Below are positions 32,201-46,900 of a stretch of DNA of 64,000 nucleotides, piece after piece (the first letter of the stretch is position 1; each line of letters opens with the position of its first letter). Source of the DNA: Daphnia carinata (taxonomy: Eukaryota); assembly GCF_022539665.2 (NCBI RefSeq), contig NC_081331.1, forward strand, positions 310,001 to 374,000, read 5' to 3'. The position numbers and the translations under genes were made by a program. The notes beneath the pieces were generated by a model that was not told the DNA's origin, made no database searches, and saw only the letters and a program-made list of their open reading frames with translations.

Positions 32201-34909
32201 CTAGACCTCTTCTGCATCGAGTTCACAGCAGTCCCTTTTCTTACTGTTGGCTATGTCATTCGATCCTTTTTTTTTTTTTTTTTTTTCCCACTCACATTTT
32301 GTCGAAAGGAAAAAAAAAACGAGTTTCGACTTTCTTTTTGATTTATTTTTACCATTTTCCAAAGACATCTCAACAAGCAAATGTGAGACTCATAATATTT
32401 GCTATCATTTGCAGTGTTACTTGGAAACCATTGAAAACTGAACGTTGAAGTTTGATAATTGTGTTTAGGCCAATTTTGTGCTATGCACAATGTTTGAAGG
32501 GAATCTGGACACGAGCACAACGGAAGTGGACTGAAAGGAACTCGGCACGTCTACGCGGATGTACCGTTTCGAAGCATATCTTTTGGGAATACAGCAGGGG
32601 GTATGAAAAAGAAAAGTGACAGGAAGTTTCTTTTCGGGATATGCTAAAATAAATGAAACAGTATCGCAGACGATCTGCGTGGAGAAAAAAACTGAAATAA
32701 GGAAACGACTCAATGCGTAGGCATTAGGATACGAGAAAAAAACAAAACACACAGAGTCTAAAAAAGACAGCAGAAAAGAAAAGCTGTGAAGAGATTACGG
32801 GACTTGATGACTTTGCAGTTCAACTAATCAGGCCGAATGATGGCATGGGAGGATTCTTTCCCGTCAGTCTCCCTTTCTTTGGCCTTATGCCTTTTTTTCT
32901 TTCACGTTTTTTCTTATAGGCCGACGAAGCAAATGAGCCGACTTGCTCATAAGACGCACCACAACCATACGCTCATTTCCTAGTCGTTTGGCGTTTTTTA
33001 TTTTTTTTTTTTTTCAAACTTCCTTTCTCTTTTTTTCACGAGACGAGTCACTTCACTCTTGATGTTGTCGTCCGTCAGGTCATAAACCTTCGAAGCAGAG
33101 GAGTCCATGACAAACGAGCCATTGCGTGTCATCGAGAAAAAAGAAAAGGAAAAAAAAAGAGGTTTTGTCTATAAATAGTTTTAATGAGTGGCATCAATGC
33201 TAATGTCCCTAGACCTGTCTCTCTTTTTTCTATTCACATGATGATGAACTCGTCTCAAACTTCTGATGTTTCGTCTTTTTTTTTTTCCCGTTCTTCTTTT
33301 GTTCTTTTTCGTCATCTCCAACATGTATACAGTGCGGCTCTCACCGGCCAAGACACTCCTTTTCGACTCGCTGCTCTATTTGTAGCTGCCTATTATTAAA
33401 CAATCCATCAATGTCCCACACGGTCGCAGACAAATGCGACACCGCGCATCCTACGGCATCGCTACCTACACAACTGCAGTCGCATGTGTTTACTTTGCGT
33501 CACACATGTACCGTATACGAGAGATTGCGTATAATAAATCTGCCACGCTTCCAGCTTTGCGTGTGTCTCCTTCTTCGTAACGAAACGTTGATATTTATTC
33601 CTGCATTTTTGATCGGCAATACGCCAATGATTTCGGTTGGCATCGATGGAACGGTTATTGAGGGGTGATTTCACTTAGCACTTTTTCTCGGCGTCCCCTC
33701 GTTTGCCCCTTTCGTTTCTCACTCGACACTTATTTATTCTTTGTTTTGATACCAAACAGAAAAGTGTTGCGCGTCAATTATTTGTGTGAGTGGCTGTAAT
33801 AATATTGTTGGTCCCAACAAAGAAGTCACCTGCTTTGTTGATGATGTTTCACTCACCTGCGATCGTCAATGGGTGTTGAAAGCAGCACATGAACAGACTT
33901 TGCCCCATAGGCCTTTATGGGCGTCGTGTCTTGACCGAAGGCCAAGTAGCTCCGCCAGGACGCTGTTCAATTGAAAAGCAAACTACGTTCGTTTGGATCG
34001 TAAATGCCAGTTGGCTTAAAATTCTGTACGTAAAATGACGCAGATGTGCATCGTTCATTTTCGCCCGTCTCTTTTTAAAAGCCAATGTCAATTTGAATCA
34101 AACTGGACAGATGAGTCGCATGTGAGACAGCACGTCTTGTTGGTACTGTGCGGAATAGTCGTCCATCATTCTTGGCTAGTTTGTCAACGTCTTTTAAATA
34201 AGACGCAATATTTCTTTACGAGCTGTATACGTCCTAAAATCTAGGGCAAGCAGTTAGGTTACAAAAAAAGAGAGACGCCTTTTCGCAAGTATTTTCATGA
34301 GGGTAATTATGTTTTCCGTCCCCCTCTTGCCATTTTTCTACGAATCGGATGGAAGCCGAGCCTGACTAGCGTGCTTATGACGTGCCTCCATAAACAGCCG
34401 GGACATTTCACGTAGATATCCGTAAACGAGAGCGGATGCAACCCAGGTCATCTAAAGCACACTGTTTCCTCATTAAAACAATTACACAAAATGACCTACT
34501 TTTGAAGTAAAGAAAAGCATTTGAATCTGGCTTGAAGTTATGCTACTAAGAAAAGCGCACAGTGCAATCGGGTCCCTTTTTTTCTTCTTCATGAACGAAA
34601 CGTTATAGACAGCGATGAGAGAGAACGAAATAAAAAGCCGAGAACTAGGAAGAAGAAGAAAAAAAAAAAAGGACGGGTCTAAAAGAGAGTGCTGCAATAG
34701 GAGGGCCGTCAGTAATAGAGAACGCAACGGGCAGAAGAGCAGCAGACGTGCAGAGCCGAGTTGGGCGATGACATGATCCGTCAGCGGTCCGCAGCTCGGA
34801 TGCTCCCGTCTCCGCACAACTCCCTACGCGATTCTCGTGATGTGTCCTTTCCCCCTACGATAAATTGTTTCGTAATACAGTCCAAGGCCTGACTTGGCCT
34901 ATATTCTTC

Positions 34910-34929
34910 TATATATATATATATATATA
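34910..34929. repeat. (TA)n microsatellite
   Basis: Uninterrupted tata... run read directly. Confidence 0.85.
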
Positions 34930-37900
34930 CACCCCACCTTAGAGCTATCTTGGCTCTTGCGTCACACAGTAATCACGCAAAGTTAAATTGAAACGGTTGC
35001 ATTAGCCAAGGCTGAGAAACTAATATCCAAATACCATCGTGTGCCCGATGACACGCAAATGATTTCGGACGGGATCGCTCAATTTCCGTACGGGAATTTC
35101 AAATGATTTTATCCAATCTTGATAAATCCAGAAGATCTGTTAAGTAGGGCTAGTACACACACATCCTTTGAAAAAAAAAAGAAAAAGAAAATACAATATG
35201 GGTGCTCTCAACGGTAGGCCTCATCTAGAGCTGCATAGCTGCTGGCATGTTTTCTTTGGCAGTCACTCTATGGCTCAGTGCGTTTCACTAATCACTCTCA
35301 CGCTTTTTTTTTTTTTACCCTTCGAGATTCCAGTTTCTCATATTACGCCTTGGTTCATCAACGTCGAATTCCGTGACTTCTTGCGCCACCTCTTCGTTCG
35401 TGAGTTCCTATTACGTAATGCTGATGTAGTCTGCTCTTTTTTCTTTGGACATTATCGAGGCCTTTAATGTTCAATGTGATACGTTTTCGAGTATCACGAC
35501 CCCACTTCATTCAACATGTGCGTAGAAGAAATGTTTTATGATTGTTTTCATTCTGCCAACGACTTGTCTTTCTCTTGTTATGAAACGCACTCATTTCTAA
35601 AGCTCTTCACAGTCGGTTATTTGAGTTAGCGCTTATGTGCTGTTATAGCCTCCACGTTACAACATATACAACAATAACAGAGACGCCATACAGTCAACTA
35701 GACATAAGATGCGTGTGACCCGTGCACCACAACAATTTCTTTCTTTAGTTTTTATTTTATTTTTATTTTTTTTTTCATGCACTTTTCTCTCTCTGGGTGG
35801 CTGATGTTAACATTTACCACTCTGTTGTTTAGCATCGCTAGTTTGTGTCTGTTATTCTAAAAAGGAACTTGTTTGACGACACCAGCCCGCAAACATCAAC
35901 CGGTTAGCTGGTGAATAGTGCATGTAGTTTGACTTCTTATACGTGCTGTTGGTGTTTGTGTTGGAACCACGGATGCATTGACACACACCTCAGAGCAACA
36001 CCACTACCGAGGGAATACAGTGGAAAATAGCAATAACATTCGGCACTAGTCCAACTTGAACTCAGTTTTAACCTTTGATATCTAACATTTTGTTTGGTTT
36101 GTTTTTTTTTTCAAAATGGTGATGACAGAAATACATGTCTCGTGTCGAAGAGAAAAGTGTGTTGGGGCACCCAACACTGGCCGATTCAGAGAATGCAAAT
36201 GTCACTATTAAACAAATATCACTGAAAGAAGACCTTCGCAAGTTGTCTTCATCAAATAGGAGCCAATAAACTGACGATTGATGTGCGGTCTCAATCACCA
36301 GGTGTGAGGCAAGACCGAACTTCTTTATAACGAACGGACAAGCAACTCTATTTACGAATCAGAATTGTTTCTTGGACAGAGACTAGCAGTCAAGGCAAGT
36401 AAGGTTCATCGAACGTACAGCTGGAACACAAACGAATGGGAATGCCACGTCCTGCGTACACTACGATTTGCATAAGATTGCAGAAAAAAAAAACGTGAAA
36501 CAGTCTTCCTACAGGCTCAAAAGAGATGAGCTGCTGCTGCGAGAAAGTCTTTTCAATTGAACAATAGCCGTTCCTTCGTGTTCCATATGGGAAAGTCATC
36601 ATGCATTCACATCACCTCCAGCCGCGTGAAAAGGAGACAAAGAGCGAACGAGCGACGTTAAAAGATAGTGGCGCATGTAGCCGAACGCGCTGATGATTTA
36701 AACATGTCCCGCGGTACTCCTATAAGATGATCGTTGACTGGCCGTGGCCGCCAGCAATGAATCCCCTGTTGAAACCGCATCACATGCGAACTTAAAATGG
36801 GACAAGCGTACGAATATCAAGTTCACGCCGATGTTGATCGATTGCGATCAGTCTGCGCATAGCTTCAATCTTTTGTTGTGATCCCACTTTGCATACGACA
36901 TATAGATGGGGATCCTTTGGTGCAATCGAATCATTTTAAGGTTTTTTTTTTTTCTGTCTTATGTCCAAGTTCATTTAGCCGGGCCATTCAGTGCTGTATT
37001 GTCTTTTTTTTATAGCAGTATCATCCACTATCGGCTCACGTTCAACACAGCCTCTCTTGAAGCCTTCGAGCATTTTCACGAACGCCATATATTTCTGTGA
37101 TACTTTTCGTAAATGCATTGTCATTCGACCGGTGATACGAGAAAAAGAAGATGACGCAACTGAATAGAGCTAAAATTCTATGGCCATCGCTTCACAACGC
37201 ATAATAGTCAAAAATGAAATGCTGCACGATGATGACGATTTCTTTAAAAGCTCAACTGCGAATAATGCCCAAGCAATTAAGCTGAAATTAGCGTTTTAAT
37301 AAATGCGCAACAGATTTACATACTCATAAGACCTTACCCCTGTTTACCTCGAATAGCTTACGGAATTAAGGCGGCTGTGAAGTAGAAAAAAAAAAAAATT
37401 CTTTTAAAGGGATGAATCTAAAAAAGAATAACGCAAAGACCACACAGACAGCAGAAACGAGTGAACGGGCACATCGTCAGTTAACTTGGGCCAGTGTAGG
37501 GAGTCGCTTGAGGAACGAAAGTGTGGGCACAGCCGGCAGAACCATCAAACTGCGCATACCGACGTTTCAATGTCGTCCTCGGTCGTCGTCTATTATACGA
37601 ACGTCTATATACGTCGCGTTCGTTCAGATGCCATCGACGCTGTGTATGTCTTGGGGGGGAAACGTCCAACGTAAGAAGTTGAGGCATCGACTGCTTATTT
37701 GTTATACTAATAAAATTTTAGTACGTTAAAGACATGGGCCTATTTTATTTCCTCCAAGAGTATGACTCACGCCAAACGTTTATCCCCTATGTGTCTTTCC
37801 TTTTCATCGTTTTTTTGTGTGTTGTATTTAGTATGTAAATATAGAACGCAAAAAAATACGTAGCTGTCGACATGGGTTTTCGATTGCCAGTCTATTGAAT

Positions 37901-40900
37901 TATGGACTGTTCCTCTGTACATATCGACAGATTCCGTCAATCTCACCACACGCGAGTCAGCGCTGGCTTCACACCATTTCTTTTATACGAAGAGGGATGA
38001 GGGTAAACAAGGAAAAAAAAAACAAGAGCGAATGACGAAACATACATCACCACCCTGAAAAGTCCCATAGTTTTTTATTTTATCAATTTTATTGTAAGAG
38101 CTTACGTGTCCAGAATTATTTAAATCTATCAAAGTTCTTCTAATTTCAAAACAATTTTCTCGCCTTTAAATTCGAAATGACGTTGCGGAAATCGAAAAAA
38201 AAAAAAAAATGGTGACGTGAAAGGTATGGAACGTCGTGTATTGGCCAACAGAAGGTCCCATTTTAAGTTCGATGGGGGAGGGATTGGTGTACGAATACGA
38301 AACGGATGTTCTGAAGTACGTAGGGTCCGTGTTTGAGGCTTTTCGATGTCGGTAGCCGGATATGCCTCGTTGCTGTTTCCCTTATAGGCATTTTGCTGAT
38401 GGTTTGGAATGGCAACAAAAAAATAAAATGGATGGCCTTTACATGTACGTCTTGTGATGCTGGTCTGCAGAAAAGACGGCAACATGTATAGAAATGTCCC
38501 CACAGATTTCTCTGGCTTTCACTCTGCAATAGAATGATGAAGTGGCGGTGCAGCTGAGTCAGTCACTCAGACCTGGCAGTTCCTCTTTTATTTTTTTCCC
38601 TCTTCTTGGACTTTTCCTTCCTTTTTTTTTTTTAATGTGGTGGCTGCTAATGCCAACGACTCCTTGATTTCTTCTTTTTCCCATCTTTAACTTGGTTCTC
38701 TTTCCGCGTGCGTCGACTCCACCACCATCGCTTTCATTCCGAGTTCGACTTCCTCATTGCCCATCGATTCTGTCCGCTGGCAGCTGATGTATAGCGGCAG
38801 CAGTGCTGATCGCTAGACGAGTGAGCCAGCCAACGTTCGTTGCACCCGCACACATAGTTTGGCAGATGATTTTAGCAGATGTTTCATCATCATCAAGATC
38901 ATTTTTTTTTTTTTTCGACATCTTCGTGATGCGTCGCGTAGCAAGCTCCGCGTTCATTTGGGTTTCGTTCAGCCCTGCTGCGAGCTCATTAGTGCCGCCC
39001 TGATGGCTTTCAATTTTCTATCAAATCCCAATTTTTTCGTTCCTTAATTTGCCTCGTCTTCTATTCTTTTAATACGACACATTCGAAATAGTATTTGGGA
39101 ATTTAAAATTCCTGTAATTCAGAAGTATGCCCGTCAAAATATTTTTCAATAGTTCGACACCTTTTCCCCTACCGAATTCTTTCGTCCATAAGTGGTTCGA
39201 TTGTGCACCTTTATTCTGCGTGTCAATCCACACAAAAATGCGAAAGGGTCTCCGGACTAAAGAAAAGAAAATCAGCTGTCAAGAAATGAAGCCATCATGT
39301 AGTCATCGTTCTGTATGTTCACAAACAAGCCTTCAAACGTCATAATGGATTCGACACACTGTTGAATAGATCTAGTCAGTTCGTGTACACATTTCCCCCC
39401 CATTTTCTTTCCTTCTTCGCTCTTTATTCTCCTGTCTTTTCTTAGCACGTTCACTGGGCTTGCTTCTATACAATGTGGCCACCCTTTTTGCTGTTGATCT
39501 CTCAATCACGGACAATCACATACCTCAGTTGCTATGAACACAAAAGAGCAAAAGATATCGAAGATTCTTTTTCAAGCTTGAGAAGAGCGATTAAAGAGAG
39601 CATCTCAAGAAGAAAGACTTGTTCATGGTTGAGTCGAAGGGTCGAGAAAGAAGCGATCAGCAGGAGCGAAAAGAGGGCAACAATAACAGACTATTATTAT
39701 TATTGTTGGAAGGTTAAAGTGCGATCCTTGGCGCAGGTGGGTGGACAGACTGTTTAATCCGGATAGTTTCTGCTAATCCAATTTCAATTTTCTCTATCAA
39801 GACGTTATAGCCATCTCGATAAGTAAATACAGCGCATAACAAAGAACGTGGACGACATTGTGCCCTGTGGAATGCTATTGACGAAAAGGGTGACGGATTG
39901 CGATATCACGTACAGGCTCACATAATAGGTCAGGAATAAAATGGATTCGTAGCGGTGGATTTGAAGACGCCTAGCTATGTGGACATGTTGAAATTTCAGA
40001 GTTTTATCGTAAAACGTTTGTAAAATACAGCACTTGACGTAACTGGAGTTCTCTAATATTTCAGCTGTTCAAAATATACAAGTGCTTTAATTTAAGTGAA
40101 AGGACTAAGGTTTTCCTTGACAGTAAAAGGGTGAAGAGCTTAGAGATTGTGATCCACAACATTCAGACGTGTTGATATCTTCCTGACGAATACCTGAAGG
40201 TTAAAGAGAGAAAGGAAAAGTCAATAGAAATGGGGAAAAAAAAAACCAATTGGCATCTTATTTGTGTGAATTGCAAACCCATAAAATCAAATGCTTGTAT
40301 ACCTGTCGGATTGTTTCGCATTATACCTGCAAACAAGGGGTCAGAATTGAGGGGGGTTATTGAAATACGAATAGTATTAGCTGTGAAATCTATTGTAGAC
40401 AGACACAGGTTTGTATGGAAAAGAATTCCTACAAGAATAAAACGAAAATCAATAAGCCAAAATGAAAGCAAAAGTTCAAGTGTATAAGCTTGACTGGAAT
40501 TCCGAAAATGCCATTCATATCCTTCCTCTCCGTCATCACTTACTTCTTGCAGAGTTGAAAGATGTTGCATGAATGGGTTGTCTAAACGTTCTGTGCACAA
40601 AAAGCAATAATACAATTAATATCCTATTATCAAAGCGCATTTACAAGAGGAGCAACTTGATGGGGATGATGACCAGCAGCAAGTTCGTAACATTGCGCAG
40701 ACTCACATCAGTTAGAACGGGCCATACAACACACGCGTGCGCGTTGCGCAATACAACAGATGCATCGTGCAACAAACTGTCCGCTAGTCGTTAAAGGGAT
40801 TTATACACGCAGCACATTCCTGAACGAGGTGCTATAAACGAGCACAAGCGATTCAGAGAACCATATCGATATACCGTGCATCATGAGGTGCGTCGTTCGA

Positions 40901-43900
40901 ATGAGAAAAGCCCATCAATTGCTGCTGTGAATGAGAAGATGAAATGAAAAAAAAAAAAAAAGAACAAAAGAAAGAATCGCACCTATCACGGGAATGTCAT
41001 GACACAATCAGAAACCAGCAGCAAAGAACCACCCAGCTCGTATTGTTGTCAAGTGTGTCTTGCCTGATCTTTAGCGAGTACGTAACCTTGTCTTGTATTG
41101 TAGCATCATGCACAAGACCGTACCGGAGTATTATAAGGTCGGTAACACACCCGCCGTCATCACGAACTTAAAAAACGAGCACGCACGGAGTCGATACATG
41201 TATGCGTCGTCATCAACCTCAGACTGGAATCCCCAGTACCTCTGAATTAGTAATCTATTGTGTAGTCTCATCGTTAATATGATGATGGCTCTGCCACGTC
41301 AACGGCAGTTTCTCCTGGTGGGTTTATGTTCAATTGTACGGCACGTGTCCTTCTATTACATCACAAGGTATAAACCAGAAAATAGAAGCTTTAGCAATGG
41401 TTGAACGTAACGATACTTTGCATTACACACGGCTGGAGAATGGACTGCTCTATCCGATCAATATCGCTCGGTTGACCAACAGCCAAGATGATAGGATAGA
41501 ACATAATCAAAGCTTATTTTGAACGAGATTAAGTGAGTTTGAGGTTGATGTAATCCAACACATCCCCATCTTGTTGTGTGTATGGCGATCGTAACCGTAG
41601 CTTCCTTGCAATCACGCAACCCGACGCAAATAGTTGGCATTTCTGACGTTCTCTAGACATACCAGAAAGACAAGCGGATATATTTTCTCGTACAGGTGAA
41701 GTCTATGTCAACAGTACTCGAACATGCTCATCCCATTCTATATAGAACGGATGACACTGACTGCTATGCAAATAGCCCACATTGTTAGAAAGCTTTTTAG
41801 TGTCCTCCTAATACCTGTTAAATTCCAAGTTTCGAACACTCGATATTCATAAGGAGTTGCAACACCCAGAGCCGGAAACGAAGGAATGGACATGTTTATT
41901 TTTTCTTCTTCTTTTCAAAATTTTATTTTTTCTTTACCGTAATTTTTCATCGTTGCATTCCAATTTGATTTTCTTTTTTTTTTTTTTTTTTTTTTGTTCT
42001 TTTTATTCTCTTCCTTCCACAGATTTATAGAAAGGAAGAAAAGGTTATGAGAGTTATGACATGTTCCTAATACAAGCAAAAGAAAGGAGAGAAAGGCCCG
42101 GACGTGCGGAATGCTGCCATTATCCACCTATAGAACCTATCCCTGGCAGCGCTGTGTGCTGTTGCGGCTACACCAAAATGAGCCACACGCATTCCTCGAC
42201 AGCTCATCTGACTGTCGACCTATTGTACCGTGCCAATTGTCCTACTGCTGTGTGTGTGAGCGACTGTCTCTAAGATACCGTTCAACGAGGCCGATTGTGT
42301 AGCAGACAGGGCAAAGGCAAAGGCTTGGGAGGGCAAATCTAAAGGTACACGCTGATGTCCCCTATTCTTCTCTCGATGGCATGAGCCTCTAGCTTATTCT
42401 ATTAGGACTCGGCTGGAGGTTGGGATAAGGGAAGGAGAAGGAATGGTGAACCTAAGAAAACGAGGGGATGACGAGGGTTGGCTGAATATAAAAGGTGTGA
42501 AAGCTGTAAGATTCAGTGTGAGTACAAAATGGGGAAATTACTATACACCTACCTGTCTATCTGTATGTGAATGAATGAGGTGTGTAAAGAAGGACGGGGG
42601 ACTCACCAAGTATTATTGCTAGTGACACTTTTCTTTTTTTAAATCTAAAAGTCCCCCAACACCTACGGTGATTGCCAACAAGGCGGAAGAATGCCCGCAT
42701 GCTGCGGTATTATTTTTTTAATGATTTTTATATGAGATGTAAGATACAATTGTTGATTTTATCTTGCCTCTAATTCGGTATAAACCAATCACCCGCTTGA
42801 GGGTAACTTACTGTTGATCTGCGTTTACAAACAATCCTACCTGATGGCAAATCTGTGACCTCATCTCTCTCGGATGAAATGCATTCGTATGTACTTGATT
42901 TAACACACCATCAGCGTCATTAGAAGCTAGGGTGTTTCTTTGGGCCGTGATGTTGACAACCGTATCGAAAAAGGGGTCAATTCTGCACGTAGGAATGTCA
43001 AGATGTACGAGGACACCTACGTTAGCTGCCTAATCTATATTAAAAATCTATATTGGACACGTCGTGGGACTCAAAGAATACAACCCGGTTTGAACGGATG
43101 TGAAACTGTATTAGCATGTTCAGTTGGATATTTTTAATGAATGAACTATAATAAGCTACTCGCGGGATGCGAGCCGAAAGCTATATACCCCCCGAACTGT
43201 CAATGAAAAGCTGTAAGTAGAAATGGGATGCAAACGTTCTTTCCTGATGGGAAACCGGGGTGGAGGCGAACGCGTTCCGCGTGTGTGGGTCTCCGTGCGT
43301 GGATGAGCGGTAGGTGGTGTCGAATTACTCAGCCATTTCGAAATACACACACACACTCAGTGTACTACTAGGAAATATTCTTATAGTCTTTTTTTTTTGT
43401 ACGAAAAAAAAATTAAAACCGGGGCCGGTTGAGGCTTCCGTGGTACAGCAGCCACCTCCGACACGGACGACACTCGTCAACTGGGTTGTCTTCCCTCGTC
43501 TCTTTTTTGGATGATGGCGTCCACTTTCTTCTCAATTTCTCTCCCTTTTCGCCTGGCTGTCGTGTGGGGGTGACCCTCAAATGAGTCGCGATGACTTACT
43601 CCGGAACATTCCTCCCTATGTGTACGTATAATACATGATGGGTCTATACATGGCTGTGCAGGCCTATATTTCACATGCTGAAATGTCTTGGAAGATGGTC
43701 CAAACCATTGTTGGGGGAGACGGGCAGGCCCCCGACCGGAAATTCTACGCCGTCTTGACAGGCGCGCACGCATCATTTACAAATGATTTTGCAGCTCATT
43801 TGTCTCGGGTGATACTAAAGGCTCATCCCCCCCCCCCTCCATTTTTTAGTGTTATAGGACCCAATGTTTTTCTTTTCAGTGCGAAATAAAAAGAATACAA

Positions 43901-46900
43901 GGCGTTTAGACGCTTTTACCGTCTTGTAAAAATAAAAGAGAAGAACCAATACAGTCGATTAAGAAAATCCAGTGGGGTACGGCACGTATGGCAGTATAAG
44001 ACGTTCCGAAATCTTCTTTCAATCCAATAAAAAGAACCTGTTTGTGACGTACTCTGTTACACTTGTGAGTATACAAACAGGGTAGAAAGTATGAGCTGTT
44101 TGAAACTTTGAAATGAATATTTTTCTTCTCGTTTCAAAATATTATACTACACTGCCTAGGCCAAATATACATGCGTAAACACAGATTTTTGAAAGAGGGG
44201 CCATAGTTTTAAGAGGGTATTTAGGCGTTTTTTGTTTGAAAAATAAACAAACTAAAAACATGTAAAACTCTAAAATTTATGACGGTGTTATTCGCAAGAC
44301 TTCAAACGGAAAGCTTGAAAAATCGTTACCACTTTGTCTGGGGATGTACATTTTGGGGTAATAAACGTTTTCATTACATCCAGTACGGTACTAGTTTACT
44401 TCCACGATTTCGAAATCTATTACATATTCATGCCGAAAAAGAACATAAATCTTTACGCCGATATCACGAACAACATTGGGTACAGCTGCCATCTAGGAGC
44501 AGTGCAGCAGTCTTTTCACGTCCGCCTGGTTGATCCCGAAAATGCAAAGACGTTTCGGTTTTCTGTCTCTGAACGTCCAATTGATTTTCGCGGTTGACTT
44601 TTGAAAGTGTATTTTTTGGCCGCCAGATGGCTTTCTTGGTTGAAAATTGGAAAATTTCCATTATTTTGGCCCACCCCCCCCACCGCACTAATCGCACCTT
44701 ACTCCCGCATCGCTTGCCTGTCAATCACGCACGACAAATTCAGCGCGTGATTGACCCAATACTTTATCGTTTATCATCGTACTGAAACTGACCTGTAGGC
44801 GTCAAAATAGGTGCGAACTCGATTAGATTGTCGTCAAGGTAAACTTTGATCTTCAGAGAGCAATCGATTACAATTCGTAGACCACATTTATACAAGCAGG
44901 CTTTATTTTTTTTAAGACGAAGCAATTCTTTTCATTAAGAATTGGTTTAAATTAGAAAACACGAATGGTAACGACATAATGACAACGGCGTGACATAGTT
45001 ATGCATGCGCGTGCCAGCGTTCAGCTCTCGCGTGTCTGATGGCTTCATGTTTACTACGTGTTTACTATCCCTCGGCTGTCTTGTTTACATACGGCAGCCT
45101 AAGTTGTATAAGCTATGTATACTATGGCCACGGTGGTCTGATCGTTCATTAAAGCCCCGCCGCATTCCGCGCATAGCACAGTCGCTCACCTATCTAATCC
45201 TTGCCAGCAATTCAACACTTCCGCTCGATTCCAACGTGTCGTAAATGTCAATTGTCGAAATATATGAGCAAACGCTAAATGTCTTCATCAAATGAAAATG
45301 CCCATGCAACCATTCTGTTTCGTTTTGCGTCCGTAAGCCCGGCCCAGCCGGCAACACCCGACGTGATACGTCAATCCTTTTTTTTTTTTTTTTGAATTTC
45401 TTTTGCCTTTGTCTCCACCCACGCAGTACCCTAAGGTTTTCTTTTAAAGAAAGCCAAACAAAAAATAAGAACAAGAGCGCAACAGTTTTTTTTCCCCAAT
45501 GTTTGCCCAATACGTTTCAGTTAGTAGTGTACGTATCCTGTATAACCAATCAATATACATATATGAATGGCTGCATTTTGTGTTTCTGTTACTATACAAG
45601 TTCGGCCGCGTTTCCCTTTCGGGATTCTATCTATATCCTTTCTATTGCCAGTCAACAAGTCTGTTTATGACGATTGTTTATATGCTTGCTTTTACCCCTG
45701 CCTCAAACGTCCATACCGCATATACTGATGCCGGGAGTTCGCTCTAATGCCCCCACGACGTGCAGCTCTTTGTTCCATCCAGCAGCCTTTGCTTTGCTTG
45801 GCCTGTTCGTCTTATTCTCGAAGCGTAGTGGCTTCAAATCATCCCCCCCCCAAATGGCCATGTTTTCTTTTCTGCTTCGTCAAGTAAAGAAATAAAAATT
45901 TGAGCCCATCCATTCAGCCAGGCCAGTCTATATTGGACGGCTCATTCGCGGCGCCCGCCCCCTCTTTTTTTTCCAACTTTTTGTTTTGTTTTTCTTCAAA
46001 AAACAAAACGAAAACAATAAGGAAAAAGTCCTCACACACAGCCGTTTTTTTTTTGTCTATAGCCTAACCTATTAGATAGACGTCGGATGCGGATTGGATG
46101 GAAGGGGGATACGGAGAGAAAGAGAGAGCGCTGAGAACAGCGATGGTTGTCATAATTATATTGAGGGGCTCTAAAAACAGCAGCATGCAAACTAGTTGAA
46201 GACAACAGGACAAGAAGAAGGGGGAAAAAAAAAGTGAGAAGAAAAAAGGGACGAGCGCATCGGGATCCACAATTACGCGGAGAACTGGGGAGGCGGCGGC
46301 GACAGGGCAAGGCGCGGACAAAGCAGCATCCAGCGGCACTATGTGCCCATGCGGCGTCCATCTGCTGGGAGCCTGCCGATGATGTAGCTTGATGGGTGGT
46401 GCCCACACATTGCACCACCATCTTTCATCATCCGCTTTCATAAATATGGTCCTGGATAAAGATAGCAAAATTCAACTAGGCCATTAGGTTGAACCATAGC
46501 CCTAATACAATTCGTCCAATAAACAAGCTTAATTGCTATTGAATATAGAGTGGTAACTTACGTCCGCAGTACCATACACAAAAGAATGCATTAAAGGGTT
46601 ATTCTATTATTGGACTATTGGAGGGAACTCGTTGAATTGTTAGAAAAGTACAACGTGGGATCGTTCCATATTGGCAATGTTCGGTTAAATCCTTTTCTTT
46701 CAGTTTGCCACCATGTTGAGAGACTTCGCGAATGGCTGTCCGGAATATCCGGTGATGCAACGGTTGGGTCATCGTTTGATCTCGACAATGCACTAAAAAT
46801 CTCGCTGTTTCCTCTTACGTGTTGCTGTTTCAATTGATGGCTCAATAGGTGTTGAATAAGCGGGTTGTTTCCACGGCTAAACAGTATAATAATAGCCCCC

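Noticed and set aside
43960..44900. Possible MITE or DNA transposon remnant
   Set aside because: The composition differs slightly from its surroundings, but I could not find matching terminal inverted repeats, a target-site duplication or transposase fragments.
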